Source: a virus (taxonomy: Duplodnaviria; Caudoviricetes). From it: a stretch of DNA of 61,117 bases. Shown here in pieces: positions 1 through 10,321 of this stretch. The position numbers and the translations under genes were made by a program. The stretch is taken from IMG/VR virus record IMGVR_UViG_3300020469_005555, positions 1 to 61,117 of that record; one strand, written 5' to 3'. The notes under the pieces were generated by a model, which searched no databases, was not told the origin of the DNA, and saw only the letters and a program-made list of their open reading frames with translations. The number at the start of each line of letters is the position of its first letter. The first letter of the stretch is position 1.

Positions 1-297
1 GGCAGGTATTTTAACACCCGCTTCCCTGATTAATCTTTCTAAATTATTGTTTTCAACTGCTGTTTCGATATTATTTTCATTAAATTGATGATCCATGTAA
101 TAAGTTAAAACATCACCAACGTAAGCACCTAAATCTAAGAACATTCCCCCTAAACTTGCATCAGAAAAATCAACAATGTTATCACTGAAGTGTGTCAACA
201 TGTAGCCTCTTAAATCATTTCTTAAGGATCTGAAATCTTTGCTGGTGTAAGAAACCTCTTTTTGTTTTTTAACTTCTTTTTTAATGTTTCTTGCCAT
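1..297 (-). CDS. Baseplate wedge protein, T4 gp6-like (N-terminal part; runs off the window)
   Basis: Not in the ORF track. Hand translation from ATG at 297 gives MARNIKKEVKKQKEVSYTSKDFRSLRNDL...DFSDASLGGMFLDLGAYVGDVLTYYMDHQFNE, the typical gp6/baseplate-J N-terminus; it follows a gp25-like gene. Confidence 0.85.
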   Translation of the reverse strand, partial: MARNIKKEVKKQKEVSYTSKDFRSLRNDLRGYMLTHFSDNIVDFSDASLGGMFLDLGAYVGDVLTYYMDHQFNENNIETAVENNNLERLIREAGVKIPA

Positions 298-301
298 TAA
301 T

Positions 302-796
302 TTATCCTCCTACAACTAAATCTACTTCTAAGCCTAACTTTCTAGATTTAAATCTTGGCACAGTATAACTAATCCTGATCCTTACTTTTGTTAAACCTAC
401 GCGATTTAAGTCATTTTTCTCATTTTCATCAACAAAAACTGCTGATATATCTTCGATGTTTATACTCGGTATAAATCTGCTCGTTGTATCTACTATTGAA
501 TTACTGACTAAATCAACAAAATCTGGAGAATTACTATATTCGTACAATATTGAATTTAGATTTGCTCCAAAGTCAAACATACCTAGTCTCTCACCGTGGT
601 TTGTTAATATGAGATTTCTAAAGTTGTCACTAATTTGTTTAACGGGGTCGGCATGCATTTTAAATATGTCATCACCTTGTTCGAGTGGTGTTTTAAAACC
701 AATCGGTCGAGATACAGTTTTTTTTGCAACAAATCGTCTATCGTCTCTGTTAAAACCACTACTCTTAAATTTGAACTGAGAATGACCCATATCCAC
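302..796 (-). CDS. Baseplate wedge subunit, gp25/GPW-like
   Basis: NFRNLILTNHGERLGMFDFGANLNSILYE motif; likely start is the ATG at 790 after GAGGTG. Confidence 0.85.
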   Translation of the reverse strand: MDMGHSQFKFKSSGFNRDDRRFVAKKTVSRPIGFKTPLEQGDDIFKMHADPVKQISDNFRNLILTNHGERLGMFDFGANLNSILYEYSNSPDFVDLVSNSIVDTTSRFIPSINIEDISAVFVDENEKNDLNRVGLTKVRIRISYTVPRFKSRKLGLEVDLVVGG

Positions 797-814
797 CTCT
801 TTTATCTATAAATA

Positions 815-2683
815 TCATTCACCAAAAATTTTGGTCGATTTAATGTTAGTATCAATTAGACCAACAAAGTCTGCAAAGTTTTCGTCGTTTACATTGTTAC
901 CTGCAATTTCTAGTGAAATAGGGATATTCTTGACATTAAAATTGTCAGGAATGGCTTCACCATCTTCATCTAATACTGGTGTTTTATATGTTAGGGTTCC
1001 GGATCCGGCTGGATTTAATTCTCTTGCTTCTCTCAAGGTCTTAACACTTTCCATTAAAGGGGACAATGCTGCAGCAACTGGTGGAACCTTTGACAGTGCT
1101 TCAAGTAATATGTCTATTATCTTATTTAAAAAAGCAGCATCGCCTCCTAACTTTTTCAGTATTGGTGCTAGCTCACTATGCAGAATATAAGGTTCAGTAG
1201 CTAAACTTTCGTCAGTAGGATCTGATCGCACAGCTAAATGTATTCCATCTTGTGATTGGATTCTTGTTTTTCCTTTTGCATGCAAAAGTGACATCCCAGT
1301 TGATCTAAGACTCAAAAATTGTTGACCATCACCTTTTGATGCTTTTGCAACAATGTTACCATGTGGGTCCAAATCAATAAAAGATTGTCCTATACTTGAC
1401 GCCAATCTGACGTCTGAAGAACCAATCACTCTGTTGTGTTGTGAATATGAAACAATACAAGGGCCTATATAAGATGTTAAAACGTCAAAACTCGATCCAA
1501 AAATATTGTCAACTGAACAATCCTTGGACATGTAAAGACGGGCGCCTACATCAGTTGCATCAAAGTCAAAATCATTTAACTCAAATGTATACATGTCTTT
1601 ACGCTTTTCTACATCGTTTGTCATCATGTCTGCGACTTTATTGTTTTCAACGTAATCGTGATACTTTCCCTCTGTGTTGTTTGGGTGCGCTTTAAGTGAC
1701 ATGCTTTCGTCGTTAAAAGACAGGCCTGTTAGACCACTTGACAACGCTGCTAATGCGTCCACAGATGATTTTTTTCTGGTTACAAACAAATCAATTGCAG
1801 ATGAGTTTGGTGTCCTGTTAGGCGGCACTGGATCTCCAATACCAGCATAAAACACGTCCTTTTTGCTCGATACATCAGTAAACTTTTCAGTTGTAATATG
1901 TATTCCCGCGTTGTTTGAACCCTGTATTAAAACATCCCCGCATTTTTTTGACAATCTAGGCACCGGTTCGCCCGTAAACTCTACATCATTTGAATATGAT
2001 CTCGCAAGAAGTTGTGTCATATTTAAAGGAAGATTGCTTCGTTGCCCAATTGCTGTACTATTAACACTTATATTACCTTCATTTGAAAAGGCTTCAATTG
2101 GGTCGACATTATTATTGCCTTTTAAATTATTGGCGTTTGTAATTAGGTTAGTAATGGCTGTCGTTCTTTCCATATTTGTAAAATTTAAGTCATCGAGTTG
2201 TATATGACCTACTTTTCTGCAAACCCAATAATAATATGAAACGTTGCCAATTTTTTCTTCAAGCAACCAAACATACTCACCAGCTTTAAGCGGAAGCGAC
2301 ATATGACCAGGAAAAAATGGATAACAAATTGAAATCTTTGGATTGTCTTTTATTTCGTATCCGTCCACAATGTACGCAAATATTGAATTTATCGGCATCG
2401 TGTCTATTAAGTCTTTGTGTCCGAGACGAAATGTAGTTGACGGGTTGTCTTTTTTATCTGGCAAATCTTGACTTCTAATTCTCCCAGATAAAACATCTTT
2501 TAAAAGAAAGTCTGTATCTTTGTAGTTTCTATTAAGATACTCGTACGGATTTGATATAACATCAGAAACAATTCCTGTCATGTAATTGTATCTAGGTAAT
2601 TTTTCGTATTGAAAATCTTCTTTTTCAATCGAGCTGCCAGCGCGCTCTCCAGTACTACTTTTTCCAAAACGATGGTCTAACAT
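815..2683 (-). CDS. Probable baseplate hub/spike (gp5-like) protein
   Basis: Position upstream of gp25/gp6; PLKAGEYVW and GDVLIQGSNN motifs resemble OB-fold and beta-helix segments of large-phage spike proteins. Confidence 0.5.
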   Translation of the reverse strand: MLDHRFGKSSTGERAGSSIEKEDFQYEKLPRYNYMTGIVSDVISNPYEYLNRNYKDTDFLLKDVLSGRIRSQDLPDKKDNPSTTFRLGHKDLIDTMPINSIFAYIVDGYEIKDNPKISICYPFFPGHMSLPLKAGEYVWLLEEKIGNVSYYYWVCRKVGHIQLDDLNFTNMERTTAITNLITNANNLKGNNNVDPIEAFSNEGNISVNSTAIGQRSNLPLNMTQLLARSYSNDVEFTGEPVPRLSKKCGDVLIQGSNNAGIHITTEKFTDVSSKKDVFYAGIGDPVPPNRTPNSSAIDLFVTRKKSSVDALAALSSGLTGLSFNDESMSLKAHPNNTEGKYHDYVENNKVADMMTNDVEKRKDMYTFELNDFDFDATDVGARLYMSKDCSVDNIFGSSFDVLTSYIGPCIVSYSQHNRVIGSSDVRLASSIGQSFIDLDPHGNIVAKASKGDGQQFLSLRSTGMSLLHAKGKTRIQSQDGIHLAVRSDPTDESLATEPYILHSELAPILKKLGGDAAFLNKIIDILLEALSKVPPVAAALSPLMESVKTLREARELNPAGSGTLTYKTPVLDEDGEAIPDNFNVKNIPISLEIAGNNVNDENFADFVGLIDTNIKSTKIFGE

Positions 2684-2685
2684 TA

Positions 2686-3021
2686 TTAGTCCCCTATAGA
2701 CTTAAATATGTCGTCTGGCGAAACTGTATTTTCTCTTTCCTGTTCTTTTGCAATTAATTCAGCTAGCTTTATTATTTGATCATTGCATTTAGACATTCTT
2801 TCTAAATACTTTGTTGCTAATGTGCCGTGAGTCGAGTGTGATGTAGGGTTTCCTGGGATGGTTACTAGTAAATCATCCAATAGAATTGATGCACTTTCTC
2901 TATCTTCTATTGCATTTTGATATGACTCCCTCCACAATAACTTTTTTTTATCTTCAGTATTTTCTAGGCTTTCTAGTAAATCAGAAAACTCTTTAATTTT
3001 GTCTTCTTTGTTTTTTCCCAT
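2686..3021 (-). CDS. Hypothetical helical phage protein
   Basis: 111-aa ORF abutting both neighbours. Confidence 0.7.
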   Translation of the reverse strand: MGKNKEDKIKEFSDLLESLENTEDKKKLLWRESYQNAIEDRESASILLDDLLVTIPGNPTSHSTHGTLATKYLERMSKCNDQIIKLAELIAKEQERENTVSPDDIFKSIGD

Positions 3022-3779
3022 TATATCCCCATTCTAAACATTGACTTGTATTCGTCGTTACTTTTAACTATTTCTCTAAAATGTTTTCTCACACTGGACA
3101 TTGCAACAGACAATTGTTTGGGATTTAGACCTGATATTTCTCTTAAATAAACAAATATAGCTCTTTTATTAAGTAATTCTAAGTCGTCAATATTTTTAAA
3201 AAGTTTAGTTACAGCTTTAACACATACTTTTTCATTTTCATTTTTTATCCGACCTTCAATTATTCCAAGCACTTGGAACATTCGGTCTCTATCTTCTTTC
3301 TGGATCATTATGGATTCAGGAGAAGGTACAATACTATAAACCTCAATACTTCTTTTATCTCTTACACTTAGACTAGCATAATCATCAAAGCTTACACTTC
3401 TTCTATTATTTTTGTTTCGTTTGTTAGTCTGTATTATTAAAAAGTTTTTTGCACACACATTAAAATATGAAAATGCTTTTGAGCCTCTTTCAGGATCAAA
3501 CTTTTCTAGTGTTTCGTATAAAAATGTCACACAATCAAGCTTTAAAGTCTGAAAAGTCACTGGGTCTCTTGCAAAACCGTGAATAAAAATTAAATTTTCA
3601 ACTAATTTTTGAAAAGAATGTCTTATTTTCTTTTCATATATTACATGTCTTTCATTTCTGCACTGTGTAGACTGATATTCAATTATCGCGTCATGTGCTT
3701 CCTTTCCAAAATATAATTTTTTCTTAGTTGTCTTTGAACCTCTTTTAACTGTTTTTTTCTTCAGTCTTGCCACTTTCAA
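3021..3779 (-). CDS. Phage sigma factor, sigma70 region-2 / T4 gp55-like (probable late sigma)
   Basis: LEKFDPERGSKAFSYFNVCAKNF resembles sigma region 2.2-2.4 (KFDP..G..FSTYA; gp55 FDPEK..NPFAYF). Confidence 0.65.
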   Translation of the reverse strand: MKVARLKKKTVKRGSKTTKKKLYFGKEAHDAIIEYQSTQCRNERHVIYEKKIRHSFQKLVENLIFIHGFARDPVTFQTLKLDCVTFLYETLEKFDPERGSKAFSYFNVCAKNFLIIQTNKRNKNNRRSVSFDDYASLSVRDKRSIEVYSIVPSPESIMIQKEDRDRMFQVLGIIEGRIKNENEKVCVKAVTKLFKNIDDLELLNKRAIFVYLREISGLNPKQLSVAMSSVRKHFREIVKSNDEYKSMFRMGI

Positions 3780-4062
3780 TCCCTGTGTTTCTTGTGAGCT
3801 TATTAGCTACTATGAGTATTGCTCTATGACACTCTCTAATATCAGCAATAACTTGACGGATTTCGACAGAATCAAAAAACACCGGTTTTTCCAGCACTTC
3901 ATTCATTTTACCGTATCTCTCGTTTAATATGTCGAGAGATTCTTCTATAGCATCCTCGACATCTATCAAAACAATCGAAAATTGATAAAGCTTCCAAGCA
4001 AGCCAAATTGACAGAGTAAGTAACAGACAACACAATCCAATAAGTATTATTTCAAAGATCAT
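3745..4062 (-). CDS. Hypothetical membrane-anchored coiled-coil protein
   Basis: Hydrophobic N-terminal helix MIFEIILIGLCCLLLTLSIWLAW. Confidence 0.7.
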   Translation of the reverse strand: MIFEIILIGLCCLLLTLSIWLAWKLYQFSIVLIDVEDAIEESLDILNERYGKMNEVLEKPVFFDSVEIRQVIADIRECHRAILIVANKLTRNTGIESGKTEEKNS

Positions 4063-5243
4063 TTTTCTGAATACCTTTCAAATAATTGGTCATATTTTCT
4101 TTTAACACTTGCACTGCTAAAATTAACTCTTATATCTTTTGCCATTTTTCTTGCTTTTGATTTTGCCTCGTCATAATTTTCGTAAGCTTTTCTAATCTCT
4201 CTTTTAAAACTATTTTCTAGAGGATCCGCCCACTTAAAACCTTTTTCAAATATCCTGTCATCAACCCTGTTAGGCGACAACTCAACTAAATTGTAGTCAA
4301 CAGCCCCAAAATATTTTCTATCTAAAAACTCTAAATGTCCGGACCAGTTTGTTGCTACAATTGGAAGGCCTGCGGCAGCAGCTTCTATAAGTGGCAAACC
4401 GTACCCTTCACCTCGTGTAGCCGAGACATAGAGTTTAATTTTGTGATGACTGTATAAGGCTGCAACTTCTTTTGAGGTCATATTTCCGTGAAGTAATTTT
4501 ATTTTAGGGTGTTTGTTTGGACCTAACTGTTGTTTAAAATTGTTAAGGTATTCTTTGCATAAGCTTCGATCAGACGTTGTACCTTTACCGAAGTTTGTTT
4601 TTAAAATTATTGCTACATCATCTTGCCCTTTAAATTCTTCAGAAACCCACTGTATAGTGTTTACTAGGTTTTTTCGATCGTCTTGTGGGTTTTGACTGGT
4701 AAGAGTGCCAATCATTAGTATACAAAAATTTTCAGATATTACATCGTATCTTTCATCATTTAAAGTTTTAGAAACTTGACTTTTATTAGTAACGTTTGAG
4801 TTATACCATTCTGGGATCACAGAAACAGGTGTTGTGAGAATCCCAGAACGCTTAAGAACATTTTTTGTAAACGTGGATGGGACAACGATATGTGACATTT
4901 TATTACATTTTTCAACCCAGCTTTTAGAACATCTGTCAGTTTCAACTAATGCAGTTACTCCAATAGCTGTGTTACCTATTGATTCATCCCACTCATCAGG
5001 TAATTGAACCTGTATTGAAATGTCTATTTGGTCTTTATCGTAAGGCTTTGAACAATTCATTATTTGGCCAATCAAACCGTCTTCATAATTATTGTTGAGA
5101 AGCCAAGAAGTTCTTCCCCACTGTAGACATTCAACATGCAAATCTACATCTTCGCGCTTGCTTAACCAATTAAATATTTGTCTGGAATGAACACCATAAC
5201 CACTGTTTGTTAACAAGGGTGCTCTTAATAATACTTTTTTCAT
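4059..5243 (-). CDS. Glycosyltransferase, GT4 (GT-B)
   Basis: TRGEGYGLPLIEAAAAGLPIVATNWSG signature; start adjusted to MKKVLLRAP at 5243. Confidence 0.9.
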   Translation of the reverse strand: MKKVLLRAPLLTNSGYGVHSRQIFNWLSKREDVDLHVECLQWGRTSWLLNNNYEDGLIGQIMNCSKPYDKDQIDISIQVQLPDEWDESIGNTAIGVTALVETDRCSKSWVEKCNKMSHIVVPSTFTKNVLKRSGILTTPVSVIPEWYNSNVTNKSQVSKTLNDERYDVISENFCILMIGTLTSQNPQDDRKNLVNTIQWVSEEFKGQDDVAIILKTNFGKGTTSDRSLCKEYLNNFKQQLGPNKHPKIKLLHGNMTSKEVAALYSHHKIKLYVSATRGEGYGLPLIEAAAAGLPIVATNWSGHLEFLDRKYFGAVDYNLVELSPNRVDDRIFEKGFKWADPLENSFKREIRKAYENYDEAKSKARKMAKDIRVNFSSASVKRKYDQLFERYSEK

Positions 5244-5244
5244 T

Positions 5245-6495
5245 TTATATTTCCTCAATTTGCCAATTTTTTCTTGATTTAAAATTTTCAATTGTTTCAA
5301 TCATAGTCTTGTGCCACAGATCTATGGTTTTTTGATAACTAAATTCTGTGTTTGCATATTTCTTTACTTTCCTTGACAGCGTTTTTCTTTCTTTGTCATC
5401 TAACTCAAATAGATGCATTATCCCACTTGCAAACTTTTCATTCTGCACATAGTCTTCGTAAATATATGGGACTGCCTGACTTCCAACAAGCGTCTTAAAA
5501 TCAATATCTAATGCCACTCCGTTATGTGTGCCATCATTACAGTTAACGACTTGTCTAGTAAGTCCTCCTGTTTTAGGTGCAATTATTGGTGTACCTGTCA
5601 ACATCGATTCTAAGGTTGATAGACCGAAACCTTCTGCGTATGACGTATTAATACAAAAATCACATATATTATACAATACATTCATTTTTTCAAATTCAAT
5701 TCGTTCTCTAGAGAAAAATACGTTTTCTTTAATATCTAACAGTTCTGTTACCTTAAATAGATTAGGGCCTTCTTTGTCTGTTGGTTCAGTGTGCATAATC
5801 AGTGTTGCTTTCTTGTGTCCGTGATTTTTCTCGAGATTATTTAAGAATATCGACCAAGCTTCTAGTAAGTCAGAAGGTCTTTTTCTCTTTGCATTACGAT
5901 TTACCCAGATACCAACAAAATGATCTTCACGATCTTTTCCAAGTAAATTTTTCTTATGTAATTTAATTTCGTCACTTGGTAACTGATAGAAAAGATTGTC
6001 AGGTAGTGCGTGTGGAATAAAGTTTGTTTTGTTTGGGAATGTTTCTTTCAACATTGTATATGTCATATGACTATGGCAGTTTATCATATCAGTAGCTTCA
6101 TAGTATGCGTTGTTAAAGACGGGATACGGATAATTGTCCCAAACATGCCACCAAACGATAGGACAAACTTGATGCACCTCATCCTCCATGTCGAACAACC
6201 AAGTAAAAAACCTTGGATCTGTAAATATAAACAACAAGTCAGGTTTCTCAGTAGCTAATGTCACACGTATTAAATCAGGACTTCCAAAACCATCAATAGG
6301 CTTTATAATAAAATCATCATTAACAACAATAGTTCTGTAATCGCTATGTTTTAACGCTGCTCCAAATTGCCTAAACGACCAACAATTTTTCTTTAACAAT
6401 CCCTCAATCAAGTGTCTTGTTTGAGTTCCTACGCCACTTGTTGACAAAGCATGATCTGATAGAACCAACACTTTTAATTTACCATTTTCTGCCAT
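5245..6495 (-). CDS. Glycosyltransferase, GT4 (GT-B)
   Basis: SYAEGFGLSTLESMLTGTPII signature; N-terminal SGVG motif. Confidence 0.9.
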   Translation of the reverse strand: MAENGKLKVLVLSDHALSTSGVGTQTRHLIEGLLKKNCWSFRQFGAALKHSDYRTIVVNDDFIIKPIDGFGSPDLIRVTLATEKPDLLFIFTDPRFFTWLFDMEDEVHQVCPIVWWHVWDNYPYPVFNNAYYEATDMINCHSHMTYTMLKETFPNKTNFIPHALPDNLFYQLPSDEIKLHKKNLLGKDREDHFVGIWVNRNAKRKRPSDLLEAWSIFLNNLEKNHGHKKATLIMHTEPTDKEGPNLFKVTELLDIKENVFFSRERIEFEKMNVLYNICDFCINTSYAEGFGLSTLESMLTGTPIIAPKTGGLTRQVVNCNDGTHNGVALDIDFKTLVGSQAVPYIYEDYVQNEKFASGIMHLFELDDKERKTLSRKVKKYANTEFSYQKTIDLWHKTMIETIENFKSRKNWQIEEI

Positions 6496-6583
6496 TCACT
6501 CACCTTTTAATGTACAATATTATAGACATTATGCCTTAATCTTGTTTCTAATTTTATACATTAAAGATTCAATGTAAACAAAA

Positions 6584-7423
6584 TTATGTACAGTGCTTGG
6601 TCTGGTGGAATTGGCAAAACTTACAACTATTTCTATTTTTTAAAGACATTCCTTTGGTCACAGAACTAATCATATTTCTCATAAGTTTTACACCCTTTGT
6701 ATAAGTTTTCGGCCCTACAGAAACAGTCACCAACTCGCACACCCTACCTGGTTTTCCGCCTCGTTTTAGTAAGACAAACCCACAACGAACATCTTTTAGA
6801 TCAATATTGTGCTTTTTTGCCCAAAAGTGTTTGTATAGAATTAATTGTGCTGTCATTCCTAAGTCTTGTTTTTTATCTCTTCGCCAACCCCAAGCTCCTG
6901 CTGTTTTCCAGTCAATAATCCAGTATACATGTCCTTTTCCTCGCGTCTTAGGTACTTTAAGCACACCATCAATAAATCCCTTAAAACTTAAGGGTACTTT
7001 TATATCATCAATTACTTCGTAAAGTTGTTCCTCAGCCTCAAAACACTCCCAACCAGGAAGCTCTTTATCTAAAAAGCCAAGTACTTCATCCCACATATTG
7101 TTAGCCCAAGTTTCCCATGTACTTACAGGTTCGTGCTTGTACCAGCCAGGTTGCTTAGTGTACCACTCTGGATTCTCATATCCAGCTTCCTGCCACTGTT
7201 GCTTCATTACCCCTAATATTTTATCACGGTCAACACTTCGTGTCTCTAAAAGTGTTTCACAGCCTTCGTGAACAGCTGTTCCGAAATGAAGATATGGAGA
7301 CGGTTCGAAAGTATCAATTTTATCAATGTATACTAATTTGTGTCTATACGGACATTCTTTCCACTGTTTAATTTCAGAAAAAGATATGTGAGGTTTTCCT
7401 GTCGGAAATAAATCATTACTCAT
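6584..7423 (-). CDS. PD-(D/E)XK nuclease, Cas4/AddB-like with Fe-S cysteines
   Basis: SFSEI..W.ECPY, FGTAVH, KGFIDG, IIDWKT, and C-terminal CKFCQF....C. Confidence 0.85.
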   Translation of the reverse strand: MSNDLFPTGKPHISFSEIKQWKECPYRHKLVYIDKIDTFEPSPYLHFGTAVHEGCETLLETRSVDRDKILGVMKQQWQEAGYENPEWYTKQPGWYKHEPVSTWETWANNMWDEVLGFLDKELPGWECFEAEEQLYEVIDDIKVPLSFKGFIDGVLKVPKTRGKGHVYWIIDWKTAGAWGWRRDKKQDLGMTAQLILYKHFWAKKHNIDLKDVRCGFVLLKRGGKPGRVCELVTVSVGPKTYTKGVKLMRNMISSVTKGMSLKNRNSCKFCQFHQTKHCT

Positions 7424-7452
7424 TTTTACACCATTTTATTAGAGTTATAACA

Positions 7453-7481
7453 ATATTACACAAAATATAGCGTTTTTACAC
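7453..7481 (-). promoter_or_regulatory. sigma70-type promoter GTGTAA-N17-TAATAT
   Basis: Upstream of the nuclease gene; same motif as six other sites in the window. Confidence 0.6.
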
Positions 7482-7482
7482 A

Positions 7483-8823
7483 TTAGTAACGATAATCATC
7501 TGTCTTGTAAGGGCCATCTTTGGCTACGCCTATGTAGTCTGCTTGTTTATCAGTAAGGTCAGTCAATCTTGCATCTAAATACCACAGATGTAACCTTGCT
7601 ACTTCTTCGTCTAGCTTTTTAGGAAGGACGTATAACTTATTTTCATATTTTTCTGAATATTGAAAAAGCTCAATCTGTGCTAAGACTTGATTAGTAAACG
7701 AACAAGACATAACAAAACTTGGGTGGCCTGTGGCGCATCCAAGATTTACTAATCTTCCTTGTGCCAAAAGAATTACTTTCTTTTCTCTATTTCCAAAACC
7801 CCGTCTATCTTCGACTGTATATGAATCAACTAGGTATTTGATGTTCTCATGACTTTTTGCATTTTTGTGCAACCAAGCAACATCAATTTCATTGTCAAAA
7901 TGACCAATATTGCAGATAATTGCGTTATCTTTCATCCACCCAAAGTGCTTCCCTACTACAACATCGCAGTTTCCTGTTGCTGTCACGATAATATCACCTA
8001 CAAGTACAGCATCATCAATCGGCATAACTTGGAAACCATCCATGGCAGCTTGGAGTGCACATATCGGATCGATTTCAGTTACGATTACTCGGCAACCTGC
8101 TGCCGCAAGAGATGCAGCTGAACCTTTACCAACATCCCCATATCCCGCAACAACTGCCACTTTTCCAGCCATCATTATGTCAGTTGCTCTGCGGATCGCA
8201 TCGACACAAGATTCTTTGCATCCGTACTTGTTGTCAAACTTAGATTTTGTGACTGCGTCATTTACGTTGATTGCCGGGAATGGAAGTTCAACCATGTCTC
8301 TTTCAAAGTCTTTTAATCTTAACACACCAGTTGTTGTTTCTTCTGTCACACCTATAATGTCGGGACAAACTTCTGGATATTTTTCGATAAGATGTTTAGT
8401 TAAGTCTCCGCCATCATCTAGAATCATGTTAGGGTTAGACCGGTTTCCTTCGTGATTTTTAAATTTAATAACTTCATCTAGACACCATTCGTAATCTTCT
8501 TCGGTCATTCCTTTCCAAGCAAACACAGGTATTCCCTTGCTAGCAACATATGCTGCAGCGTGATCTTGAGTAGAGTAAATGTTGCAAGTCATCCATCGCA
8601 CTTCTGCACCTAGTTCTACTAGTGTGTCTATCAAGACTGCAGTTTGAATCGTCATGTGTAAGCAGCCGGCGATCTTAGCGCCTGTAAGAGGCTTAATCTT
8701 ATCCTTGCTGTACTTCTTTCTCAACTCCATTAATCCTGGCATTTCAGCTTCAGCTAGTGCTACTTCTTTCTCCCCCCATTCTGCTAAACTTATGTCAGCT
8801 ATTTTGCAATCTTTCATATTCAT
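7483..8823 (-). CDS. ahcY: S-adenosylhomocysteine hydrolase
   Basis: [60 protein letters not shown] and C-terminal GPYK.D.YRY. Confidence 0.98.
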   Translation of the reverse strand: MNMKDCKIADISLAEWGEKEVALAEAEMPGLMELRKKYSKDKIKPLTGAKIAGCLHMTIQTAVLIDTLVELGAEVRWMTCNIYSTQDHAAAYVASKGIPVFAWKGMTEEDYEWCLDEVIKFKNHEGNRSNPNMILDDGGDLTKHLIEKYPEVCPDIIGVTEETTTGVLRLKDFERDMVELPFPAINVNDAVTKSKFDNKYGCKESCVDAIRRATDIMMAGKVAVVAGYGDVGKGSAASLAAAGCRVIVTEIDPICALQAAMDGFQVMPIDDAVLVGDIIVTATGNCDVVVGKHFGWMKDNAIICNIGHFDNEIDVAWLHKNAKSHENIKYLVDSYTVEDRRGFGNREKKVILLAQGRLVNLGCATGHPSFVMSCSFTNQVLAQIELFQYSEKYENKLYVLPKKLDEEVARLHLWYLDARLTDLTDKQADYIGVAKDGPYKTDDYRY

Positions 8824-8986
8824 CCTCTAGATTCGATATTTCATTCATTAAAATAGAATATTGTCTTATGTTTCCGTTTCTTTGAAAGTTAATGGCCTCT
8901 TTGTATTTTTTATCAATCTGCTTTTTAATTTTTGTTTTCTCATCCCCAAAAATTAAATTTAATATCGTTTTTATCATTTTAATCAA
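8795..8986 (-). CDS. Small helical protein, DUF6435-like
   Basis: [18 protein letters not shown] motif. Confidence 0.55.
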   Translation of the reverse strand: MIKMIKTILNLIFGDEKTKIKKQIDKKYKEAINFQRNGNIRQYSILMNEISNLEDEYERLQNS

Positions 8987-9438
8987 TCCTTGTTTTGAGC
9001 TAACATCTGCTCCATTATTTTCTTTTTTAAGTCTGTCAAAGAATATTCATGATCCCTTTTATGGTAATAAACACTCTTATTAAGTTTTGTTTCCAAATAT
9101 TTTCCTGTATAACTAATATTTCTGTAGTCTGTACCTATTATTCTGACGTCCCAGTCTATTCTTTTAAGTAAATCTAAAAGCTCTTCCTCAGTATTGTAAT
9201 GAACTACATCGTCAACGTACTTTAAAGATTTTAGAATATATTCTCTTTCTTTAATAGTCTGTACGGGTTTGCACTTGTATGGTCTTTCAATTGTTGGATC
9301 ACCTTGCAGTGCCACTATCAAGACATTACAGGCATTAGCTTTCGCATCTTCAAAAAGCTTGACATAACCCGGGTGGATTACATCAAAATTACCTGCAACT
9401 ATTCCTATTTTTACACCCGGACTTTTATCAGTACTCAT
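8983..9438 (-). CDS. Cytidylyltransferase, TagD/glycerol-3-phosphate cytidylyltransferase-like
   Basis: GNFDVIHPGY (HxGH-like), LKYVDDV, IGTDY, R.H.YS.T. Confidence 0.85.
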   Translation of the reverse strand: MSTDKSPGVKIGIVAGNFDVIHPGYVKLFEDAKANACNVLIVALQGDPTIERPYKCKPVQTIKEREYILKSLKYVDDVVHYNTEEELLDLLKRIDWDVRIIGTDYRNISYTGKYLETKLNKSVYYHKRDHEYSLTDLKKKIMEQMLAQNKD

Positions 9439-10321
9439 TAATTTTATCTCTCAAATCATACCTTGGGATCCACCCTAAATCATTAATTGTGTCTTCGATG
9501 TCAGCTAACGTCTCCTTAACCTCAGCTACTCTTTCAGGTATAAAGTTTGTTTTATTTCCTATCATATCAGCAACTTCCCAAATTGAATAATTTTTACCGG
9601 TACCTACGTTGTATACTTTGTGAGGTACTTCTTGTGTTGAAGAATTCATAGCACAAATATTTGCAGAAACAACGTCATCAATATAAGTAAAATCCCTTCG
9701 CTGACTTCCATCACCTACAATTGTCATACTTTCTCCCGAACTATACTGTTTTTTAAATAGACCGATCACGGGAGCATATTCACCTTTAATAGGTTCTCTT
9801 GGACCATAAACATTGAAATAACGCAAAACAATACTAGGAACGCAATACAATTGATTATAAAGTTTACAAACCTGTTCTCCCATCCACTTCGACATTGAAT
9901 ATGGATTGAGACAGTCAGCAGGCATATTTGGTGCAAACGGTATTGAATTCTGTTTACCATACAAGGAAGATGTACCTGAATATATTACTCTTTTAACAGA
10001 GTTCAATCTAGACCATTCTAGAACCCTCTGTGTACCTACAACATTAACTTCAAAGCATTTATTAGGAGAACCAATGGTAGGTTGAATGCGACTGCGTGCA
10101 GCAAGGTGAAAGACATAATCAACGTCACTAAAAATGCTGCTACAATTATCTTTCGATATGTCTTTTTCATAATAAACTGCCTGATCATTGTAATAAAACC
10201 TCGCGTTTTCGTTTGCTGACAAGTCGTCAATGACACGAACTTCATGACCTAATAATACGAGCTTGTCAACAATGTGACTTCCGATGAAGCCACACCCACC
10301 TGTCACTAAACTTATCTTCAT
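9428..10321 (-). CDS. NAD-dependent nucleotide-sugar epimerase/dehydratase
   Basis: VTGGCGFIGSH, YSMSK (YxxxK), LRYFNVYGP, GDGSQRRDF. Confidence 0.95.
   Translation of the reverse strand: MKISLVTGGCGFIGSHIVDKLVLLGHEVRVIDDLSANENARFYYNDQAVYYEKDISKDNCSSIFSDVDYVFHLAARSRIQPTIGSPNKCFEVNVVGTQRVLEWSRLNSVKRVIYSGTSSLYGKQNSIPFAPNMPADCLNPYSMSKWMGEQVCKLYNQLYCVPSIVLRYFNVYGPREPIKGEYAPVIGLFKKQYSSGESMTIVGDGSQRRDFTYIDDVVSANICAMNSSTQEVPHKVYNVGTGKNYSIWEVADMIGNKTNFIPERVAEVKETLADIEDTINDLGWIPRYDLRDKINEY

Noticed and set aside
2686-3021. Terminase small subunit
   Set aside because: Size and helicity fit, but there is no diagnostic motif or adjacent large subunit
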